Assembly (NCBI RefSeq): GCF_042660085.1
Contig: NZ_JBHSTI010000034.1
Location: 1 to 24,944 of the forward strand
DNA from: Longivirga aurantiaca
GTDB lineage: Bacteria > Actinomycetota > Actinomycetes > S36-B12 > CAIYMF01
Direction: 5' to 3'
DNA: 24,944 bases
Part shown: in pieces, positions 15,787-22,585 of the stretch
Numbering within the stretch: position 1 is the stretch's first letter
Layout of the letters: each line of letters starts with the position of its first letter
Position numbers and translations under genes: made by a program
Notes under the pieces: generated by a model
The model's database searches: none
Told to the model about the DNA's origin: nothing
What the model saw: only the letters and a program-made list of their open reading frames with translations

Positions 15787-16496
15787 CGCCGCTGATCCCG
15801 GTGCTGCTCGCCGTCGCTCTCGCGCTGGTCGCCGCCGCGACGCCGGCGATCGTTCCGTCCGGGCGGTCGACCACGCGCACAGCGAGGGCCCGGCCGTCGC
15901 TTCCCCGACCCGGCGCCCGGAGCGCTGCGGTCGTGGTCGCGCTCGGGGCCGCGATGCTCATCGGCGGTGCGGGCGGGGCCGCGCTCGGGATCGCGCTCGG
16001 TGTCGCGACGTGGGTGGTGGTACCCCGGCTGCAGACCTCGGCGGACCGGTCGCGGCGGCTCGAGCTCGCGCGGCAGGCGCCGCTCGTGGTCGACCTCCTG
16101 GCCGCCTGCCTCGCCTCGGGAGCCTCCGTGGAGGCCGCCGTCGCCGCCGCGTCTCGCGCCGTCCCCGGGGCCGCCGGCGACGTCCTGTCCACAGCGACCG
16201 CTGCCCTGCGGCTCGGGGCCGACCCCGTCGATGTGTGGCACACCGTCGGCGAGCTGCCCGAGCTCGCCGGCCTCGCCCGCGCAGCCGCGCGGTCGGCGGC
16301 CACCGGCGCCCCGCTCGCAACCCTGCTGCCGCGGGTGGCCGACGACCTGCGCGCGACCCACCGCTCCGAGGTGGAGGCGCGCACCCGCACCGCAGCCGTC
16401 CGCCTGACCGCTCCGCTCGGCGTCGCGTTCCTGCCGGCGTTCGTGCTGCTCGGCGTCGTGCCCGTCGTCGCGTCCTGGGTGGGCACCCTGCTCTGA
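15783..16496 (+). CDS. tadC: TadC-like type II secretion F membrane protein
   Basis: LARQAPLVVDLLAACLASGASVEAAVAAASRAVPGAAGDVLSTATAALRLGADPVDVWHTVGELPELAGLARAAARSAATGAPLATLLPRVADDLR..., C-terminal TM. GTGA overlap with tadB. Confidence 0.88.
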   Translation: MTPLIPVLLAVALALVAAATPAIVPSGRSTTRTARARPSLPRPGARSAAVVVALGAAMLIGGAGGAALGIALGVATWVVVPRLQTSADRSRRLELARQAPLVVDLLAACLASGASVEAAVAAASRAVPGAAGDVLSTATAALRLGADPVDVWHTVGELPELAGLARAAARSAATGAPLATLLPRVADDLRATHRSEVEARTRTAAVRLTAPLGVAFLPAFVLLGVVPVVASWVGTLL

Positions 16497-16513
16497 CCGA
16501 CCGCCTCCGCCGT

Positions 16514-16548
16514 GCAGGGCCGTCGACCGCTCCGGTCGGCGGCCCTGC
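16514..16548 (+). terminator. Strong 15-bp hairpin in tadC-pilin intergenic region (attenuator, processing site or terminator-like)
   Basis: gcagggccgtcgacc-gctcc-ggtcggcggccctgc: 15-nt arms with a single T/G wobble and 5-nt loop, 17 nt after the tadC stop. No U-tract. Confidence 0.55.
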
Positions 16549-16576
16549 GGCGTGCCCGGTGCCGGATGCCCGGGTC

Positions 16577-16612
16577 TCGTCCACAGCCGGGTGCAGCACC
16601 TGCTTCTCCACA
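16577..16612. promoter_or_regulatory. Pair of DnaA-box-like nonamers (tcgtccaca 16577-16585, ttctccaca 16604-16612) upstream of pilin gene
   Basis: Each matches 8/9 to TTGTCCACA; spacing 27 bp. Confidence 0.3.
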
Positions 16613-16704
16613 GCGGCGGCCCTCGGCGCCAGCGGCAGCGTCGCGCCCCCGGACAGCGTGCGGTCGCCGGCGACGGTCGCCGGCCACCACCGCGAGGAGA
16701 TCCC

Positions 16705-16944
16705 ATGACCCATCGACACGCCGCTGTCGTCCGTCCGTCCCTGTCGGCCCGCGCGGCCCGCCTGCGTCGCCTCCGGGGCGACGAGGGAGCCGCCACCGCC
16801 GAGTACGCCGTCGTCTCGGTGGCTGCCGCCGGCCTCGGCGGCATCCTCATCAAGCTGCTCACCAGCGACTGGTTCCTCGAGATCCTCAAGAAGATCCTCG
16901 CCTGGATCATCACGCTCGTGCTCCAGCTGTTCGGCATCGGCTGA
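16705..16944 (+). CDS. Flp-like pilin / DUF4244-type small protein
   Basis: MTHRHAAVVRPSLSARAARLRRLRGDEGAATAEYAVVSVAAAGLGGILIKLLTSDWFLEILKKILAWIITLVLQLFGIG, containing the Flp processing signature G|AATAEY (E at +5, Y at +6). Confidence 0.87.
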   Translation: MTHRHAAVVRPSLSARAARLRRLRGDEGAATAEYAVVSVAAAGLGGILIKLLTSDWFLEILKKILAWIITLVLQLFGIG

Positions 16945-16945
16945 G

Positions 16946-17356
16946 ATGAGCCGGTCGCTCCGCGCCCCGGGGGCCGCACGGCTCCCGGGGCGCGCCCCGG
17001 CCGACACCGGTGCGGTGACGGTCGAGGCCGCGGTCTCGCTGCTCGCCCTCGCCGGCGTCGTCGGGATGCTGCTGTTCGGGCTCGGTCTGCTCGGTGCTCA
17101 GCTGGCCGTCGGCGAGGCGTCCCGGTCGGCAGCCAGGGCCGCCGCCCGTGGCGAATCCCCGGTGGCCGTGGCCGTCGAGGCGCGTCGCCTCGCACCCGGT
17201 GCCGAGGTGGTCCTCCGTAGATCGGGCGACCGTGTCGAGGTCGAGGTGGTCCGGCTCGTCACGCCACCCGGCCTGCTCGCCCGGCTCGGCCCGTTCCGGC
17301 TCGCCGCGGTCAGCACGGCGGCGGTCGAGCCGGTCGTGTCCGAGGCGGCGCCGTGA
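16946..17356 (+). CDS. tadE: TadE-like pseudopilin
   Basis: ADTGAVTVEAAVSLLALAGVVGMLLFGLGLLGAQLAVGEASRSAARAAARGE. Class III-like signal G|AVTVE plus TM helix. Confidence 0.88.
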   Translation: MSRSLRAPGAARLPGRAPADTGAVTVEAAVSLLALAGVVGMLLFGLGLLGAQLAVGEASRSAARAAARGESPVAVAVEARRLAPGAEVVLRRSGDRVEVEVVRLVTPPGLLARLGPFRLAAVSTAAVEPVVSEAAP

Positions 17357-17733
17357 TGCGCGGCGGCCGATGTCGCGGCGACTCCGGCGCGGCGTCGGTG
17401 TGGGCGGTCTCGCTCGTCGCCCTCCTCGCCGTAGCACTGCTCGTGATCGCCCTCGTCGTCGACGTGCTCGCGGCGCGATCCCGCGCCTCGGCCGCCGCGG
17501 ATCTCGCGGCCCTCGCGGCCGCGCCCGCCGCCGCGGCGGGGTCGCCCTCGGCCTGCCCGATCGCGGCCTCCGTGGCCGCCGCGAACGGCGCGCGCCTGAC
17601 GTCGTGCGAGGTGTCGTCCGGCGAGGTGCGCGTGGTCGCGCAGGTGGTGTGGAGCGGTCCGTGGCGACGCGCGATGGCATTGCTCGCGGACGTGCCGGGG
17701 GCGCAGGCCGGTGCGCGCGCAGGTCTCCGCTAG
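17353..17733 (+). CDS. Rv3654c-family TadE/TadG-like secreted protein
   Basis: GDSGAASVWAVSLVALLAVALLVIALVVDVLAARSRASAAADLAALAAA..., with two later Cys. GTGA overlap with tadE. Confidence 0.87.
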   Translation: MMRGGRCRGDSGAASVWAVSLVALLAVALLVIALVVDVLAARSRASAAADLAALAAAPAAAAGSPSACPIAASVAAANGARLTSCEVSSGEVRVVAQVVWSGPWRRAMALLADVPGAQAGARAGLR

Positions 17734-19067
17734 AGCGTCAGGCCGCGGGGGATGAGGCGGTTCTCGTAGGCCTGGCGCTCGAGGTCCGCACGGAAGTCGG
17801 GGTGCGCGATGGAGATGAGCGCACGCGCCCGCTCGGGCACCGACTTCCCCTTGAGGTTCACGAGGCCGAACTCCGTCACCACGCACATCACGTCGGTGCG
17901 CGGCGTCGTGATCACGGTGCCGGGCTTGTGGTCGAGCACGATGCGGCTCTTGCGCTCGCCCTTGCGTTCGTACGTCGAGGTCAGGCACATGAACGACGTG
18001 CCCTCGTGCGAGGCGTACGCGCCGCGGACGAACTGCAGCTGGCCGCCGGTGCCGCTGATCTGGCGGTGGCCGTCGGACTCCGAGGCCGCCTGGCCCGTGA
18101 GGTCGACGGCGGTCGTGCTGTTGATCGAGACCACGCGGTCGTTCTGCGCGACGACGTGCGGCAGGTTGGTGCGCTCGACCGGGAGGCACACGAGGTCGCG
18201 GTTGCGGTCGATCGCGTCGTACAGCGCCTGACCGCCGAGCGCGAAGCTGTAGCCGATCCGCCCCGGCTGCAGGGTCTTGCGCGTACCCGTGATCTTGCCG
18301 GCGCGGTAGAGGTCGATGATCCCGTCGGTGAGCATCTCGCTGTGCACACCGAGGTCGGTCACGCCGCTGTCGAGCAGCAGCGAGCAGACCGCGTTGGGCA
18401 TCGCGCCGATGCCGATCTGCAGGCACGAGCCGTCGAGCACCTCGGCCGCGATGAGCCGTGCGACTGCTGCGTCGGCCTCGGTCGCCGGGGGGTTGGCGAG
18501 CAGCGGCGGCGGGCCGTCGTCGCCCGCGATGATGAGGTCGACCTCGCTGAGGTGGAGCGCGTTGTCCTCGCCGTAGGCGTAGGGCAGGCCGGGCGTCTCC
18601 TCCACGATCACGAGCCGCGCGCGCTCGGCGACCGCGCGGTGCCAGAGGTTGGCCGGCCCCAGGTTGAAGTAGCCGTCGGCGTCGATCGGGCAGGTCTTGA
18701 TGACGAGCACGTCGACGGGGTCGATGAAGCGGCGGTAGTAGTCGGGGATCTCGCCGAGGTTCACAGGCAGGTACGACGCGCGGCCGGCGTCGGCCTTCGC
18801 GCGGTCGTAGCCGCTCATGTGCAGGCTGAACCAGTAGAAGTGCTCGCCCTCGGGGTCGGCCTCGAGCACCGCGCGCGGACGCGTGGTGATGCACGACCGG
18901 ATCTTCACCTGGGTGAGCTCGTCCTTGCGGGCGGCCAGCGCCCGGTCGAAGGCGTCGGGCTGGGCGAGCACCGCGCCGTAGTCGACCCAGTCGCCGGAGC
19001 GGACGACGGCCGCCGCCTCCTCCGCCGAGACTCGTCGGGCCGGAGCCGCGGACGTGCGTACCGACAT
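17730..19067 (-). CDS. Acetyl-CoA hydrolase/transferase family protein
   Basis: DYGAVLAQPDAFDRALAARK, LQIGIGAMPNAVCSLLLDSGVTDLGVHSEMLTDGIIDLYRAGKITG, ISGTGGQLQFVRGAYASHEGTSFMCLTST, VVTEFGLVNLKGKSVPERARALISIAHPDFRADLE. Confidence 0.94.
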   Translation of the reverse strand: MSVRTSAAPARRVSAEEAAAVVRSGDWVDYGAVLAQPDAFDRALAARKDELTQVKIRSCITTRPRAVLEADPEGEHFYWFSLHMSGYDRAKADAGRASYLPVNLGEIPDYYRRFIDPVDVLVIKTCPIDADGYFNLGPANLWHRAVAERARLVIVEETPGLPYAYGEDNALHLSEVDLIIAGDDGPPPLLANPPATEADAAVARLIAAEVLDGSCLQIGIGAMPNAVCSLLLDSGVTDLGVHSEMLTDGIIDLYRAGKITGTRKTLQPGRIGYSFALGGQALYDAIDRNRDLVCLPVERTNLPHVVAQNDRVVSINSTTAVDLTGQAASESDGHRQISGTGGQLQFVRGAYASHEGTSFMCLTSTYERKGERKSRIVLDHKPGTVITTPRTDVMCVVTEFGLVNLKGKSVPERARALISIAHPDFRADLERQAYENRLIPRGLTL

Positions 19068-19184
19068 GCAGTGCTCCCTCCGACCACCGCCCGTGCGGCA
19101 GTGCCGAGAGTAGAGACCGCCGGAGCTGCGCGCCGCCGGACACGGACTTCGCTCGTCGGCTGGGGCCTCTCGCTCGCCGCGCGG

Positions 19185-19958
19185 TCAGGCGGCTGGTGCC
19201 GCACCGCTCACGGTGGTGAGCGGCGACCGGATCGCGTCGACGAGCACCTCGTCCGCCTCCACCCGCGCGCCGGGCCAGACGACGCAGCGCGTGATCGTGC
19301 CCTCGACCACCGCGGTGGGGTCGACGACGTTCGCGCCGCCCGACACGTGCAGGTTGGCGCGCAGGTAGTCGGCGGCGGTGCCGCAGTCGATCGACGTGCC
19401 CCGCGCCTCGACCAGCTCGAGCAGGCCAGCGTCGTACGCCGGCTTCCAGGCCAGGGAGTAGAGGCCGCACGGCTCGTCGGGAAGCGTGGCGGCGATACGG
19501 GCCGGCAGCAGCGAGACGCCGAGGAACTTCAGGTCGCCGAAGTCGCTCGCATGGTCCTCGCGCCGCACGAGCAGGCGCGGCTGCGCGCCCGTCCAGCCCT
19601 CGACCAGCAGCGCGAGGTCGTCGTCGACGAACGAGTCGGCGTTGTGCACCAGCACGTGCCGGCCGTCGATCCATGGGCGCAGCCGTCCGAGCGCACCCGC
19701 CGTACCGAGGCGCTCGCCGCTCTCGACCGACACGTGCACGCGGCCGCGCAGGTGCTCGACGAGCGCCGGCGCCGACTCGTGCGCGTTGACCGCCACCGAC
19801 GACACGTGCGGCGTCACGCGGTCGATCGCCCAGTCGACGAGCGGGCGGTTGCCGACCGGGCACATCGCCTTGGGCAGCTCGTACGTCAGCGGCCGCAGCC
19901 GCGTGCCCGCACCCGCGGCCAGCACGACACCGGCGAGGTCGTCCCGAGGCACGGTCAT
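19185..19958 (-). CDS. Nucleotidyltransferase (NTP_transferase family, mannose-1-P guanylyltransferase-like)
   Basis: LAGVVLAAGAGTRLRPLTYELPKAMCPVGNRPLVDWAIDRV, DSFVDDDLALLVEG. ATG at 19956-19958. The 5' extension in the ORF track runs through the palindrome. Confidence 0.9.
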   Translation of the reverse strand: MTVPRDDLAGVVLAAGAGTRLRPLTYELPKAMCPVGNRPLVDWAIDRVTPHVSSVAVNAHESAPALVEHLRGRVHVSVESGERLGTAGALGRLRPWIDGRHVLVHNADSFVDDDLALLVEGWTGAQPRLLVRREDHASDFGDLKFLGVSLLPARIAATLPDEPCGLYSLAWKPAYDAGLLELVEARGTSIDCGTAADYLRANLHVSGGANVVDPTAVVEGTITRCVVWPGARVEADEVLVDAIRSPLTTVSGAAPAA

Positions 19959-19980
19959 GCCGTCGATCCAACTCGATCCG

Positions 19981-20036
19981 CCCGATTTGGTAGTGGAAAG
20001 TCGGCGTATAGCGCGAGATTCCCCTACCAAATCGGG
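19981..20036. repeat. Imperfect palindrome abutting the helicase stop codon
   Basis: cccgatttggtag...ctaccaaatcggg: 13-bp perfect arms, then one mismatch and a further 4 bp (ggaa/ttcc), ~20-nt loop. AT-rich for this region. Confidence 0.85.
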
Positions 20037-22379
20037 TCAGGGGGCGCCGGCGAGGAGGACGTCGAGCAGGCGGACGGCGCCGGCCTTGTCGAGCGGGTCG
20101 TTGCCGTTGCCGCACTTGGGCGACTGCACGCACGACGGGCATCCATCGGGGCACTCGCACGACGCGATCGCCTCGCGGGTCGCGGTGAGCCAGGTGCGCG
20201 CGGCGGTGAAGCCGCGCTCGGCGAAGCCGGCCCCGCCCGGGTGGCCGTCGTACACGAACACCGTCATCCGACCGGTGTCGGCGTGCATCGCGGTGGAGAC
20301 GCCGCCGATGTCCCAGCGGTCGCACGTGGCCACCAGGGGCAGCAGCCCGATCGACGCGTGCTCGGCCGCATGGGCAGCACCGGGTACGTCGACGTCGGCC
20401 AACGAGGCCGCGGCGAGCTGCTCGGCGGTGACGGTCCACCACACGGCCTGGGTGCGCAGGTGCCGCGGCGGCAGGCTGAGCGGCTCCTCGCCGAGCACCG
20501 TGCCGGTGAGGTAGCGGCGCTTCAGGTAGGCCACCACCTGGTTGGTCACCTCGACCTGGCCGTGCACGAGCTCGGCGTCGCCCCAGGCCTCGCGCGAGAT
20601 CTCGCCGACGATGCGGATGTCGGTCGTGTCGCGGGCCGACGTCGTGTAGTCGACCTCCTCGCGGTGCGCGACGGCGACGGCGTCCTCGAGGTCGAGATGG
20701 TCGACGAGGTACGTCGCGCCCTGGTGCACGTAGACCGCGCCGGTGTGCACGGTGGTGTGCGAGGCACCGGGATCGACCGTGCCGAGCATGCGGCCGGTGC
20801 CGTCCTCGACCACGCGCACCATGCCCCCGCCGATGCCGCGCAGGTCGGCGAGGTCGCTGGCCCGCTCGGGCCTGGTCCAGAACCAGCCGCCGGGACGCCG
20901 CCGCAGCAGCCCGCGCTCGACCAGCGCCGCCAGCACCTCGGCCGTGGTCGGGCCGAATCGGTCGAGCTCGTCCTCGGTCAGCGGCAGCTCGGCCGCGGCA
21001 GCGCAGAGGTGGGGGCCGAGCACGTACGGGTTCGTGGGGTCGCACACTGTCGCCTCGACGGGCGTCCCGAAGATCGACCCCGGGTGGTGCACGAGATAGG
21101 TGTCGAGCGGGTCGTCGCGCGCGACCAGGATCGCGAGCGCGTCGTCGCCCGAGCGCCCGGCCCGCCCGGCCTGCTGCCAGAGCGATGCGCGCGTGCCCGG
21201 CCATCCGCAGAGCAGCACGGCGTCGAGACCGGTGACGTCGACGCCGAGCTCGAGCGCGTTGGTCGCCGCGACGCCGAGCAGACGGCCGTCGCGCAGCTGG
21301 GCCTCGAGCTCGCGGCGCTCCTCCGGCAGGTAGCCCGCGCGGTACGCCGCCACACGCGTCGCGAGGTCGGGCCCGACCTCGGCCAGCGAGTCGCGCGCCG
21401 TCATCGCGACGGCCTCGGCCCCGCGCCTCGACCGGACGAAGGCCAGCGTGCGCACACCCTCGACCACGAGGTCGGTGAGCAGCATCGCCGTCTCGGCCGT
21501 CGCGGAACGCCGGGTGGGGGCGTCGTTCTCGCCGCCGTGGTCGGTGAGCGGCGGCTCCCACAGCGCGAACTGCGTCGACCCGCGGGGTGAGGCGTCGTCG
21601 TCCACCGCCACCACCGGCAGCCCGGTGAGGCGCGACGTCGAGCCCGCGGGGTCGCCGGCCGTGGCCGACGCGAGGACGAACGTGGGCGAGGCGCCGTACC
21701 TCTCGCACACGCGCTGGAGCCGGCGCAGCACGTTGGCCACGTGCGACCCGAAGACGCCGCGGTAGACGTGGCACTCGTCGACCACGACGTACTGCAGCTG
21801 CCGCAGGAACGACGCCCAGCGCTCGTGCCCCGGCAGCATCGATCGGTGGAGCAGGTCGGGGTTGGTCAGCACGTAGCCGGCGTGCTGCCGGATCCATGCG
21901 CGCTCCTCGTCGGGTGTGTCGCCGTCGTACGCCGAGACCCGCAGCCGGTCGAGGCCCAGCTCGGCGATCGAGCGCCACTGGTCGTGCGCGAGGGCCTTGG
22001 TGGGGGAGAGATAGAGCGCGGTCGCGCCACGGCCGTTGGGCGCGTGCGTGCCCTCGAGCACGGAGGTGAGCGCTGGCAGCAGGTAGGCCAGCGACTTGCC
22101 GGACGCCGTGCCCGTCGCGACGACGACGTGCCGGCCCGCCCGGGCGTGCTCGGCGGCGTCGGCCTGGTGGGCCCAGGGGTTGCTCACGCCGCGATGAGCA
22201 AGGGCGTCACGCAGCTCGGGCGCCACCCAGTCAGGCCAGCCGACGGCCGTACCGGTGCGCGCCGGCACGTGCTCGACGTGCAGGAGCCGGTCGGGGCGGC
22301 CCGCCGCGAGCCGCGCGAGCAGCTGCTCGGGGGCGGCGGGCGGGAGGGGCACGGGCCGATCCTCCCCGACGCCGCCCAC
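20037..22379 (-). CDS. DEAD/DEAH box helicase with DUF1998-like Cys4 C-terminal domain (Rv3649/MrfA-like)
   Basis: VVVATGTASGKSLAYLLP, TALYLSPTKALAHDQ, YVVVDECHVYRGVFGSH, FVLASATAGDP, GVDVTGLDAVLLCGWPGTRASLWQQAGRAGR, C-terminal CECPDGCPSCVQSPKCG. Confidence 0.95.
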   Translation of the reverse strand: MGGVGEDRPVPLPPAAPEQLLARLAAGRPDRLLHVEHVPARTGTAVGWPDWVAPELRDALAHRGVSNPWAHQADAAEHARAGRHVVVATGTASGKSLAYLLPALTSVLEGTHAPNGRGATALYLSPTKALAHDQWRSIAELGLDRLRVSAYDGDTPDEERAWIRQHAGYVLTNPDLLHRSMLPGHERWASFLRQLQYVVVDECHVYRGVFGSHVANVLRRLQRVCERYGASPTFVLASATAGDPAGSTSRLTGLPVVAVDDDASPRGSTQFALWEPPLTDHGGENDAPTRRSATAETAMLLTDLVVEGVRTLAFVRSRRGAEAVAMTARDSLAEVGPDLATRVAAYRAGYLPEERRELEAQLRDGRLLGVAATNALELGVDVTGLDAVLLCGWPGTRASLWQQAGRAGRSGDDALAILVARDDPLDTYLVHHPGSIFGTPVEATVCDPTNPYVLGPHLCAAAAELPLTEDELDRFGPTTAEVLAALVERGLLRRRPGGWFWTRPERASDLADLRGIGGGMVRVVEDGTGRMLGTVDPGASHTTVHTGAVYVHQGATYLVDHLDLEDAVAVAHREEVDYTTSARDTTDIRIVGEISREAWGDAELVHGQVEVTNQVVAYLKRRYLTGTVLGEEPLSLPPRHLRTQAVWWTVTAEQLAAASLADVDVPGAAHAAEHASIGLLPLVATCDRWDIGGVSTAMHADTGRMTVFVYDGHPGGAGFAERGFTAARTWLTATREAIASCECPDGCPSCVQSPKCGNGNDPLDKAGAVRLLDVLLAGAP

Positions 22380-22574
22380 AGGGGCGACGAGAGGCCGTGC
22401 AGGTCATGACAGCGGTTGCAGGTGCGAGGAGCCGCCGGGTGCCCGCCGGGTGTGACGCAGCCCGCACCGGGGGGCCCGTGGCCCAGGTCACAGCCGTGCG
22501 TAGACTCCGGCGCACCGAGGGTCCGGCGCGCCCCTCCCGGCTCTGTGGCGGGCGGCGGACCCCCTCCCCTGTTC

Positions 22575-22580
22575 AAGGAG
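22575..22580 (+). promoter_or_regulatory. Shine-Dalgarno of H+-PPase gene
   Basis: aaggag 5 nt before ATG at 22586. Confidence 0.6.
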
Positions 22581-22585
22581 ACTGC

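Noticed and set aside
17094-21978. 1498-aa (+) and 1626-aa (-) ORFs
   Set aside because: Overlap clearly recognisable CoA-transferase, nucleotidyltransferase and helicase genes in the wrong frame; compositionally biased translations.
20037-22379. Helicase as part of a DISARM or other phage-defence locus
   Set aside because: A DUF1998-type C-terminus can occur in defence systems, but this helicase sits in the conserved housekeeping neighbourhood without defence partners.
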